NCBI GenBank assembly: GCA_000004695.1
Contig: CM000152.2
Coordinates: 3,200,001 to 3,264,000, forward strand
Source: Dictyostelium discoideum
Taxonomy: Eukaryota
Direction of reading: 5' to 3'
DNA length: 64,000 bases
The position numbers were made by a program, and so were the translations under genes. The notes beneath the pieces were generated by a model, which saw nothing but the letters and a program-made list of their open reading frames with translations, did no database searches and was not told where the DNA came from. This document shows positions 16,326 through 28,228 of the stretch, in pieces. Each line of letters opens with the position of its first letter. Position 1 is the stretch's first letter.

Positions 16326-16941
16326 GCCACAGCAGCAGCCACCTTTTTTTTAAAATAATTTTTTTAATAAAGTTTTGTTTGCATCTTTTTTTTTAATTTC
16401 CTTAAACCCAATTTTTTTAATCTCAAAAATGATTTGTTATAAAATTTTTTTATTTTACCTTGTTCAAAAAAAAAAAATCCAAAAAAAATCAAAAAAAATA
16501 AAACAATAAGATTCATATAAAAAAGAATAAATCAACGAGAATCCAATAAGAAAAAAATAATAAAAAAAAAAAAAAAAAATGATTACAATCTGACTCTGTA
16601 CAAAAAAAATAAAAATAAAAAAGTCTAACGGAACAAAATTGAATGTTGTACTTTTACTATAATTAAATATACCACCTCTAATGCCACATGATTTTATTTA
16701 GAAAATTAATTTTTTTTTATTACAATCGCCTTTTTAATCTGATCATCTCCAAAGAAACTTGATTTTTTTTCCACTTTAGAATTATATTTATTAAATTTTT
16801 TTATTTTATTTTATTTGATTATTATAATAATTTTTTTTTATCTTCTATAAATAAATAAATTTTTTTTTTTTTTTTTCATTATTATTCAAAAATAACCTTT
16901 TCAAAAATATAAATTTAAAGTTTTAAAATTATTTTCAAGAA

Positions 16942-17706
16942 ATGAAAAATAAATTAATTAATCTATTATTTTCATTAATTTTAATTTTTTTATCCATTAA
17001 TGCTTCCCAGAGTTTAGGTGCACATAAAACCACTGTCACACCGACCCCAACTCCAAATATTACAGTGACTCATACTTTAGCTCCTAATATTACAGTTACA
17101 CCAACCTCAACTCCAAATATTACAGTTACTCCTACCTCAACTCCAAATATTACAGTCACACCAACATCAACTCCAAACATTACAGTTACTCCAACATCAA
17201 CCCCTAATATTACAGTTACACCAACATCAACTCCAAATATTACAGTTACACCAACCTCAACTCCAAATATTACAGTTACACCAACCTCAACTCCTAATAT
17301 TACAGTTACACCAACCTCAACTCCAAATATTACAGTTACTCCAACCTCAACTCCAAATATTACAGTTACTCCTACCTCAACTCCAAATATTACAGTCACA
17401 CCAACCTCAACCCCTAATATTACAGTTACACCAACCTCAACTCCAAATATTACAGTTACACCAACTTCAACCCCTAATATTACAGTCACACCAACATCAA
17501 CTCCAAATATTACAGTTACACCAACATCAACTCCAAATATTACAGTTACTCCTACCTCAACTCCAAATATTACAGTCACACCAACATCAACTCCTAATAT
17601 TACAGTCACACCAACCTCAACTCCAAATATTACAGATACTCCAACCTCAACTCCTAATATTACAGATACTCCAACCTCAACTTCAAATATCACAATTTAT
17701 TTCTAA
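16942..17706 (+). CDS. Secreted mucin-like protein: signal peptide plus about 25 tandem copies of a 12-aa TPTSTPNITV(T) unit with N-glycosylation sequons
   Basis: Track ORF 16942..17706, hydrophobic N-terminus, near-perfect 36-nt repeat. Confidence 0.7.
   Translation: MKNKLINLLFSLILIFLSINASQSLGAHKTTVTPTPTPNITVTHTLAPNITVTPTSTPNITVTPTSTPNITVTPTSTPNITVTPTSTPNITVTPTSTPNITVTPTSTPNITVTPTSTPNITVTPTSTPNITVTPTSTPNITVTPTSTPNITVTPTSTPNITVTPTSTPNITVTPTSTPNITVTPTSTPNITVTPTSTPNITVTPTSTPNITVTPTSTPNITVTPTSTPNITDTPTSTPNITDTPTSTSNITIYF
17040..17690 (+). repeat. 36-nt coding minisatellite (Pro/Thr/Ser repeat)
   Basis: Direct tandem repeat seen in the sequence; antisense ORF 17070..17693 is its shadow. Confidence 0.9.
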
Positions 17707-18250
17707 TTGACTTTTTTTATTTAGGACTATTTTCATTACTCTAACATTACATCAAATTAATTTTTGTTATCTCATAAATGAAAAGATGTTTTTTCAATAT
17801 TAAAGGAAATGATAAATAAATATAACCAGGGTTTTCTTAAAATTTTTTTTCCAAATAAACTATTTTAATATTTATTTTAACTATTTTAAAAAACATTTTA
17901 TTTTCTTGAATGAGAATCTAGGATATTGGTATTAATAATATTAATAAAGAATTTATTATTGTACAACCATTTATAATATTATTTAATATTATTTAATTTT
18001 GTTTATTTATTTATTATTCTTAAAATATATTAAGACAATTAGCAATCGAGAGACTAATACAAGATGTTTTATTTAAATCTCAAAGAGGATTGATAGTTAT
18101 TATTTATTTTTATATGTATTGCATGAATTAATTAGGTTTCTTTGAACATTTTTAAAAACTTTTTATACTAAAATTTATAACTTCTTTGGTCTTAAAAATC
18201 TAAGAATATATTAAAACAGAATTGATATTAAAAAAATAAAAAAAAAGTTT

Positions 18251-19470
18251 TTTTGAATTGAGATTAAAAAAAGCAAGGGGCAGGTTAACTTTTCACCATG
18301 TAGTTAACCCTCGAAAGCTCAATTCAAAAAAAAAAAAAAAAAAATTATTGAAAATAAGAAAAAATCAATTAAGTTTTTTAACGGTTTTTTTTTAAAAAAC
18401 TAAAAATAAAAATAATAATTAGATTGTTTGGTAATTAAAATGAATATTTATTTGATTAAATTAATTAATTAATTTTTTTTTTATTAATTTTTTTCATTAT
18501 TTTTTCTTTGAAAAATCTGAAAAAAGTGGAAAAAATTGAAAAAGTTGAACTTGGAGCGTACTTTCTAAGGGTTTGGTGACCATTTAAATCTTCCAAAATA
18601 GTTTTACGAAATTCTCTATAGGATAGGCTATATTTGTTATAATTTTTGTGAACCACAAAGCTATTTACGATATAACATTCTATGATATACCAAAACAGTG
18701 TTAAATACCACTTTTTATTATGACCCGAATAAAATTCTTTTTTTATTCTTTGGTCTTGGCGGTCGCAGCACCCATGTTCATACGATAACTCACCAACACA
18801 ATAGAAAGTTTAATAGGTTCTGAATTCATTCTTTCCATTGAATTTGATTTATAATCCTCCTCTGTTGTTGGATCTTTAATTGTTTGAACCACCACATTCT
18901 ATAATAATAGTAAAACATCCTATTTCATTAATTAAACTATCTTCTTCTTCTTGAATTGAATGAGATAATAAATCAAAGTGACCTTCATCGTCTTCACCCT
19001 ATCAGAATTCATATTGTCAAAATTTGTTGAAATTTGTTGTTCAACTTTTTGTTTTTTTTTTTCCATTTCAAAATTTTTTTTATTAAATATATTGTTATTG
19101 AGGTGGAGGATAAGATATTACATTAAACTATATTTTTTTTTCTATTTTAATGAAATTAAAAATGAAAATAGCGCAACAGTACCACCACGCACACTGAATT
19201 TTTTACAATCATTCCAAAATATCATTAAAATATATAATGTAAATTTTTAGTAGAATTAAATAATATTATCATTGCAATCCAACAAAATGATCAATCACTT
19301 AAAAAAAAGTTTTTACTTTTTTTTTTTAAACGCAAAAATAAAAAAAAAAATAATAAAAAAAAAAAAAAAAATTCTGCACACGTCCATATAATTTGTTTTT
19401 ATTTATTTTTATTTTTTAAAAAAAAAAAACCTTTTTATTGATTTTTTGAATTGAGCTTTTGAGGGTTAAT
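18251..19470. mobile_element. Candidate inverted-repeat-bounded element or relic, about 1.2 kb. 25-bp imperfect inverted repeats lie at 18303..18327 and 19446..19470; there is a nested hairpin at the left end and degenerate coding remnants inside
   Basis: Left end: TTGAATTGAG..GGTTAACT-11nt-AGTTAACC-CTCGAAAG-CTCAATTCAA. Right end: TTGAATTGAG-CTTTTGAG-GGTTAAT, the reverse complement of the left inner arm (23/25). The interior has ATG-less open frames of roughly 100 aa that are GC-richer than the flanks. Confidence 0.35.
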
Positions 19471-19478
19471 TGCCCTAA

Positions 19479-19512
<34 letters not shown>

Positions 19513-19539
19513 TAATTATAAAAAAAAAACCTAACCAAT

Positions 19540-21021
19540 ATGAATTTTAAATCAGTTATTTTATTATTATCATTTTTGTATTTTATATCAATAGTTGGTT
19601 GTTTAAAAACTGAAGATATTAATTATTATCAAGATGGTGAAAAACTAGTGTTTCAAATAAATCCTAACTCTGGATTTAATGGTAACAATTTGGTAATTTC
19701 TGAATTTCCATCAATTGCATCAAAAGGAAATTTTAACCAATCAAAACAACTTTTAAATATGCCATTTTTTAATTTAGACAACGGTTCAGTTTCATACAAC
19801 TTAACACTCCTTAAATTGTAAGTTTTTTTTTTTTTTATTTTCAAAAATTATCAGAATATTTTTTATTTTTCGTTTTTCGTTTTTCGTTTTTTCTAAAATT
19901 AAAAAAAAAGATCACCAAATTCATTACCATATAAAGCATATTTATCACCTTTTATTGGTGATGGATATAATTATACACTCTATTTTAATTTATTTGAAAA
20001 AACAAATTATTGTTCAAAAGCAAATTTCAAGAATTCAGAAGAATATACTTATCAATCATGTATTAATGGTGGAAAAAATAATGATTCTTTTTCTCAAGCT
20101 GGTGATCTATTTGAAGCATCATATGATATTTCCCAAGTTGATTTAGTTAGAATTAACTATAAAGCAACTCAATTTAACTATGGTTGTTCTAGAAATACTT
20201 GGTTTAATATTTATTGTGATAAAAATCAAGATTTCAAATTACTTGGTATGGGTGCTAATTATTGTAATTACGAGGTTAATATTTTATCATCTCATGCTTG
20301 TCCAGTGTACTCATCTATTCCTTATAACAAAATTGGTGATAGTACCTATGAACTTAATGTTGGTCCACTCTATAATCATACTGCTCTATTTTACTATATC
20401 AATGGTTCTATGATTAAATTCGATCTTAACTCCACTTCCCAATACACACCATCTCCAACACCATCTGAGACACCATCTCTAACACCATCTGAGACACCAT
20501 CTCCAACACCATCTGAGACTCCATCCGAGACACCATCTGAGACACCATCTCCAACACCATCCGAGACACCATCTCCAACACCATCTGAGACTCCATCTCT
20601 TACACCATCTGAGACACCATCTCCAACACCATCTGAGACTCCATCTCTTACACCATCTGAGACTCCATCTCTTACACCATCTGAGACACCAACTCCAACA
20701 CCATCCGAGACACCATCTCCAACACCATCCGAGACACCATCTCTAACACCATCTGAGACTCCATCTCTTACACCAACCTCAACACCAGTACCAAGTCCAA
20801 AGGTTTATTGTAGATCCAATCGTTTTGGAATTACAATTAATAGTACTGAAACAGTTTCATGTAGAGGATTTGGAAAAACAAAATGTATAACTAAATTGGG
20901 AAGTGAGTGTAGCACTGATAATCTAGATGGAGAAATAGTTTGTACTTCTAAATCATTACAATGTTTTGGTACCAACATTCAATGCATTTCAGGTGATGTT
21001 TATTGCTCAATTGATTTCTAA
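19540..21021 (+). CDS. Secreted mannose-6-phosphate-receptor-homology (MRH) domain protein with a Pro/Thr/Ser repeat stalk (TPSETPSP x about 13) and a Cys-rich C-terminus
   Basis: Two exons: 19540..19817 (donor GTAAGT, phase 2) and 19911..21021 (acceptor AAAAAAAG). MRH-like pattern: Y.YQSC..G...[11 protein letters not shown]...[15 protein letters not shown]......ANYCNYE...HACP. Confidence 0.7.
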
Positions 21022-21208
21022 ATAAATAATTAAATGTTTTGGAATACTTTTATTAAAATTAACAAAACATTTCATTCACTCCAGATCTCTAAATTTTTTT
21101 TTTTTGTTTTCCTTTTTTTTTTTTCTTGTATTTAAATTTTTTCAATAACATTCTTTGATATTTGAAGTTTTTAAAATATTTGATTTTGAATTTGATTTTT
21201 TTTTTAAA

Positions 21209-21239
<31 letters not shown>

Positions 21240-22078
21240 CACATTTGATATTTATAATATATTAAATTTTTATTTGTTGGAGTTTTGGTTCCCTCTTTTT
21301 AAAAATTTTTAAAGTCCTTAGTGTAAAAAAATACACCCCTTTCAAATCGGGATAGTTTCTTTAGAATGTTGGATGATGAAAAAATATATTTCCAAGGGAG
21401 AATTCCAAAAGATAAATATCCAATATTTAAATTTTAATTATTTATTGGTTTGGATTATTAAACTATTATTTACTCCTGAAGTCGGTTTTATTTTTCCATT
21501 TTTTTATATTTTTATTAGCAATATTTAAAAAGAGATGGATTTATTTTTATATTTTAAAATAATTTTTACTGAAGACAAGCAAGTACACAAGCAGACTAGA
21601 AAAAAAAACGTAAGAAATTTTACTATTTTATGAGAAATTAAACTACCACAAATTCTCATATTTTAAGAAACGAATAGCAAATTATTAGATATTCAAAAAA
21701 TGAGTGATAAAGATTTTAAAAGATAGTATGGGGTATCCAAGTATTTATTCTTCCTTTGTGAGAAACTACAAAGGAGATAGAACAGATATAGGCTCTCATT
21801 TGCATTTCGGTTATATTATTTAAATTTTTTTAAATTTATTTAAATTAATTATAGGGAAAAAAAAATAATATTAAAAAAAAATAATTAATAAAATTAAAAT
21901 AAAAGAAAATAAATTAAAATAAAATAAAAATAAAAATAATTAATTTATATTAAATAAAAAAGATAAAATAAAATAAGTAAATATTAATGTTTTTTAAATA
22001 CTGCAAAAATGGTGTATAAAATTATGAAAATGGTGTAATTAAAAAAAAAAATAATCTTTAAAAATAATATATTCTTTT

Positions 22079-23352
22079 TTATTTATATCTACATCGGTGA
22101 ATGGCACAATTTCCATTAATTTTTTTTATTTCTCTGAGTTCAAATTCTGTAAATAAAAAATTTTCATTCACCACATCTTGTAACAAAGGTTGAGAATTTA
22201 AAAGATAATGGTTATCAATATTAATATAATTAATATCTACGACAATTATTAAATAAAAAGGGATATTCCAATTTTCATCATTATTGAAACGACCAATACA
22301 AATAACAAAAGAGTTTGATTTATAAAGAGGAAACGATTTGAAAGTATGTAGGTATGGTTCAGTGAAAAGCTCTGGAACTGAAACAGACATTGGAATAAAA
22401 TTCAAAGTGGAAGGTAGTAGTTTTAGTTTATTGATGATTGGTGAAAAGATAATCGGAGTCCCAACTTCACTTGATAATTCTCAATCAATGATAAAAGACA
22501 AAGGCATTGTTTCTTTACCACGGCACTTATCTAATGGTTTTGATTGGTTTGAAAAAATTTGTGGACTTGTTGGTGGAACCCCAACAATTCCACAAATTTT
22601 TTCATATTCCTCTTGTTTAAAATTGGGAATCACAAAGTTTTTGAGATTAGCATGCGCACATAATGGACATACTACCATTAAATAAGATCGGACATCAGTA
22701 TACATATTCGGATAGGCGAGTTTATTCTCTTTAAGTATATTTAAAATTTTATATGGCAGAGAGTGATCCAACGTATGGAGGAAATAAACATGACCCCAAA
22801 ATTCTGAATATGATACATATATTGAAAGTTTTTGTCTTTTTTCTTTATTTGCGCCCTTCAAACACAAATTTTCACCTTCTAAACATGTGATATTATAACC
22901 ATTTTTATCTTGAAATGTTTTGAGGGAAATATTATTTTCTTCAATTTTCTCTCTAATACCTAATCGGGTTTTTACACTTCTATCTCTTAAATAAATAACC
23001 ATTTTATTAATTATATCTATTGTAAGACATACTATTTGGGACATTTTTATTTGATGATTAAAAAAAAATAAAAGTTGAAGAAAATTTAAACACAAAAAAA
23101 TTTTCTCACAAAAAGTCGTTTGGTTTTTTTTTTATTTTTTTTTTTTATTTTTTTTTATATTTTTTTAAAAGTTTAATTTTTTTTTAATTTTTTTTTTTTT
23201 TATTTATTTGAAAATTTTTTGATATTTTTTGTTCTAATCAAAATATCTAAGTTTGAATTTGATTTTCTTACCTTCATTAAAAGTGTGGCTTCTTTAAAAG
23301 GACATTTAATCTCGATCATAGCATCATTTTCATACTCTGTTCCATATGCCAT
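22079..23352 (-). CDS. Hypothetical protein of about 370 aa, interrupted by a single in-frame TGA at 22481..22483. Possible pseudogene, sequencing error or readthrough
   Basis: Exon 1 is 23352..23272 (MAYGTEYENDAMIEIKCPFKEATLLMK, donor GTAAGA). Exon 2 starts at 23104 (acceptor TTTTGTGAG, phase 0) and contains track ORFs 22481..23095 and 22079..22405. Those two ORFs are in the same frame, separated only by the TGA. Confidence 0.4.
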
Positions 23353-24072
23353 CGCTCTTTGTACAAAATGATTGAAAAATCTTTTTTCTTTACCTTCGAA
23401 ATATCAAGAGCCATGGCCTGGGAAGTGTATTTACAATCTTTTGAATAAAAAAAGTCTTGCCACTGAGTAAATTTTTTAATTAAAATTTTTTTTTTTTAAA
23501 TCACAGTAATTATTAATAGTTTTTTCAGATCTGGCAGAAATTTAAATTTTAATTATTTTCATAATTTCGGCATAATTATAGGGGAAATTAAAATTTTTAA
23601 AAAGGCTGTATTGTAATTTCTCATTTTTTAAAACATAAAAATATATGATATCTTATATTATTGAAAATTATAATAAAATGATAAAAAATAATGGGTGTAA
23701 AATAAATATTTAAATAAAAAATTTTAAAATATAAGATTTTTAATTTTTTTAAATAATTTATTCCTTATTTATTAATCAAAACATAATATTATTTATCTTT
23801 TTTTTTAATATATTTTATTATTTTTTTTTTTAAAAATAATAAAGGTTAGAATTTTTATAAATAATTTTATTTTTTTATAAAATATCCTATTTTCTAATAA
23901 TTATTATAATTATTTAAAAAAAAAATTTCAAAAAAAAAAATAATTAAAAAAATTTATAAAACTCTAATATATTTTCTTATTTTTTTAGTATTAATTAAAT
24001 TTTAATAAAAAATGCTTTTTTTTATTTATAATAAGTTTCATTTTTTTATATAATAATTTATAAATCAAAAAA

Positions 24073-24123
<51 letters not shown>

Positions 24124-24158
24124 ATGAAAATTATCTTTTGTTTAAAAAAAAAAAAGAT

Positions 24159-27100
24159 TTATTTTTCAATTAAAATAGATTTTGATTCAGAAGAAAGACC
24201 AGGTAAAACACAAACTTTTAAATAATTCTTTTCTGCTTTTGCAGTAAAAGAAGGAGAGTTAGCTTGAGGTGAATTTGAAGATTTTTCATGAATTGAATCA
24301 ACCTTTACAAATTTCAATTCTGAAGGACCTTTTTGATTACGATATTGAATTGAATCTTTGAATTCAAAAACCAATTCTTTACCATTTAAATGTTTTGAAT
24401 ATAAATTTGATAAGAGGGTAATTAATACAGTTTTTTTATTGGTTTCCAAACAGAGATCATGTTCATTGATTATGTGAATAACGAAAAAGTCATCAGAGAG
24501 TTTACTGAATGAAATTTTTTCAATTGCAGAGAAGGGCACTTTACGTTTAATTGCAAACCATGAACCATCTTTCTTTGGTTTATGTGGTGTAATTGTGAAA
24601 ATGGTTTCATTGGTAACTAATAATGAACGTTTTTGAATCTTATGATGACGACTAACTTTGGAAACATTTAAAGAGAGTTGAAGAACAGCATTTGGACCTT
24701 CTTCTCTTTTTAAGGTTGCAGTGGTATAGTTATCTCTTGTGAGTGAGAGGAAATCACCAATAAAGGCAGCTTTACTAAGTTTAATGGATTGTCTATTTCT
24801 CTCTTTATTATTTTGGAAAATACTAATTGATTGATTCTTTAGTTTAACACATTCTCTAACGAGTAACCAACCTCTATAGGTCCTTTGAATTTTAATTGCA
24901 GCTAAAGTACGTAAATACCATTTTCTTTGTTTATACATTTTCCAAACTGATCCAATTTTAGTGGCTAAATCATTTAATCTCTTATTTCTTTTATCCTCTA
25001 ATAAGAACAATGGTTGTGGATTACGAATGAAAATCTTTGTTTTACCATATTGAACCTCCTCTTTGATGTTGATTTCTTGAGTTAATTCACCCATTAAGAG
25101 ATTAACACCCTTTTCAGCATCACCTGACCATTTTGGCCAAGTTGATTTACCAATCATATAATAACGACGCATAAATTTAGAGAAAGTTTGACGATAACAA
25201 TAACCTGCACGACGTACTAATAAATTTTCAAAGAGACCAAGATAAGCCACTTGTTCAGCACATTTACTTTGATCCCATTCCAATGCTCTCATATTTGAGT
25301 TTGGTTTAATACAACGAACATAATGTGGTGAACAACTGTAAAGTGATTTCAATAGTGAAGTAACTTGATTCTTAAATTGGAAACCAGCAGTGATTGGTCT
25401 TTTCTTATCGGTTGGAATAAATGTTTTTGCAGCATTATTTGCAAAACCATTCTTTGAAAATTTATCACGATTCTTTTTCTCTTGTTCTGGATCGACTTCA
25501 AGTGGTGGTACATATTTGAAAATTTCGACCAATAGTGAACAACTACTACTTGTGGCCAATGTAACTAAATCATTAAATAGTGTATCTCTATTCTTATCGA
25601 GGAAACCATCGATATTATAGAAAACTTTACCAGCATAATGATTGATAATGAATTGTGAATTCTTTTGTCTCTCTACCTTTGAATAATGAGTATGATTTGA
25701 AAAGTGTTTATTTAATTTATCGATCATAGTTTGATCATTACCTTCTGGGAAAAGACATTCTTCATCCAATAATGAAAGAATACCAATTGGCTTCTTTTCA
25801 ATTAAATCAACACATGCTTTATTATTAATATATTGAACTGGAATCCATGTAATACCCTCTTGGACGTATTCTTCTTGTTCAGTTTTCAATGTTAGATCAA
25901 TGAAAATTTGTTGAAGTGTTTCATTGACATAATTGATACAAAATTGTTCGAATGAATTGTTCTCAAAGATTTCAAAACCATAGATATCCAATACACCAAT
26001 TACTTTACCAATGGTTTTAACTTCAATGGATTGATTGATCTTTCTAACGATGAAATCAAATAATTTACTATAGGTTGCTTTAGCAAATGCATCACGTGCA
26101 TACATAGCTTGTTCAACGGTTTGTGGTACTGAATAGGTTGAAATACGTGCACCTTGACCTGTACTAATCTGACGAGATACCAATGAACTTTCCAATACTA
26201 TTGCATCAACACCCATCAATGATGCTATTGTATTTGCTAATTTTTTATCGGAAATTACCGAACCATTACCAGAGGCGGATTTATTGAATGAAAGATTACC
26301 CAAGAGTAAAATTGCTGATAATGTTGCAAAGATTTCCTTTTGTAATGGTTCATCGATTCCAACCACCTTCATTGCATTCTTTGTTTGTTTAAATCCAATT
26401 TGATCATCAATACCATCGGCAGTGAAACAACCATTACTTGCATTTCTAGTTAAATAATGATATTGATCCGGTGATAATAGATTGTATGTTTTCTTTTCCT
26501 CCTCTGATGAACCTTTTAAAAGTTGATAGAAAATATGAAAATTACGTTCACCTTGAGTTTGATTGATTACACGTGACTTTTCCAAGAGGTAATTTGTAAT
26601 TTTACCACCTTCTGGATCACCTCCCAAATTGAATTGAATCTCCATATATTTACCAAAACGACTTGAATTATTGTTACGTAATGTTTTTGCATTACCAAAT
26701 GCTTCCAATAAAGGATTAGACTCTAAAATGGTTTTTTTAACTCTTTCTACCTCTGTACTACTACCAGTAATACTTGCAATATATTGCATAATATATTTAC
26801 TTGCTTCTGTTTTACCTGCTCCTGATTCTCCTGATATAATAATACATTGATTCTCACCCTCTGATCTTAATGCTCTATATGCTTTATCAGCAATACTATA
26901 AATATGTGGTGGAATTTCAAATTCATGTTTACCTTTATATAAATTAATTTGATCATTTCCATAAATTCCTAATTGTTTATATGGATTCATTGAAACTAAT
27001 ACTGGTCCGATTGATGTCTTTTTTTTTATTATTTTAAAAAAATAAATAAAATATATAAAAAAAAAAAAAAATTTATAAATTAATAGGAGATCTCTTTTTA

Positions 27101-27407
27101 TTTTATCATTTATTATTCATTATTTATTATTATTATCATTATTTATTATTGTTATTTATTATTTTTATTTTTTTATTTTTTACATACATAAATTAAACCT
27201 TCTTTGTATCTAATTTTTAAATTCTCATGTAATGAAGATTCTGATACTTCAGTAAGCATAATTAAATCTTCAACTCCAACATTTTTAGTTAAATCTCTTT
27301 TAAATGTTGCCTAAATTGGTTAAAAAAATAAAAATAAAAAAAATAAAAATAAAAACTGTTAGTCTGATATTTTTTTTTTATTTTTTTTTTTTTGATCATT
27401 TTTAGTC

Positions 27408-27444
<37 letters not shown>

Positions 27445-27470
27445 AATAATTATTTAAATTTATTTACCAT
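24159..27470 (-). CDS. Unconventional class I myosin heavy chain, short-tailed type (motor domain, one IQ, TH1 tail)
   Basis: Three exons: 27470..27468 (ATG only, donor GTAAAT), 27310..27188 (ATFKRDLTKNVGVEDLIML...GLIY, donor GTATGT), 27017..24159. Motifs: GESGAGKTE, NSSRFGK, LDIYGFE, GPVLVSMNPYK; basic TH1 tail. The ATG-only first exon is inferred. Confidence 0.85.
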
Positions 27471-27571
27471 TTTAGATTAATAAATAAATATATAGATAAA
27501 AAAAAGAAAAATAAATAAATAAATAATTAAATAAGGTATATAAAATATTTATACCACCAACACCATCGATG

Positions 27572-27611
<40 letters not shown>

Positions 27612-28128
27612 ATTTTTTAATTTTTTTTTTTTTTTTATTTTTAAAAGAAAATTTTTTTGATGGTTAGCTAAGTTTATTTGAAATTTTTTTTTTGTTTTAC
27701 AATAAAGCTGCAAATGCAATTTTATTTTTTATTTTTTTTTTTTTTAATGCTTTTTCATTTTATTTTTACAACCAAACATTTTTTTTTTTAAGGACATTTT
27801 GGTAATTCATATGATTTTTTTTTAGTTTTGGAATATTTTTTTAACACATATTTTTTATTTTTATTTTTTATTATTTTTTTTTAATATATAAATCAAAAAA
27901 ATAATTATTTTATTTGTTTTTTTTTTTTTTTTTTAATATTAAACATTCAACAAAAAAAAAAAAAAAAAAAAAAAAAAAATGAACCAATCAATTTTTTTTT
28001 GTTTCTTATTTTTTTTTAATATTTTATTTTAAATATATTCCCTCTCGTTGTTCTTCAAAATAAAAAAATAATTAAGTGTCAGATTTGAATGTTTTTACCA
28101 ATATTTATTTATAATTAATTTTAAAAAT

Positions 28129-28167
<39 letters not shown>

Positions 28168-28228
28168 TATTATTTTTATTTTTATTATTAATATTGAATT
28201 ATGATTATGATTATTTATTATTTTAATT

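Noticed and set aside
17040-17690. Regular 36-nt direct repeats that could superficially suggest a CRISPR-like array
   Set aside because: There are no unique spacers. The repeats are contiguous and in-frame within a eukaryotic secreted Pro/Thr/Ser-repeat protein (TPTSTPNITV)n. This is a coding minisatellite.
22481-22483. In-frame TGA as a possible selenocysteine codon
   Set aside because: The local context is ...LSFIID-TGA-ELSSEVG.... No Cys-x-x-Sec or Sec-x-x-Cys redox motif is present. I saw no obvious SECIS-like stem-loop downstream. Pseudogene, sequencing error or readthrough are more likely, so it is reported as a finding rather than a selenoprotein call.
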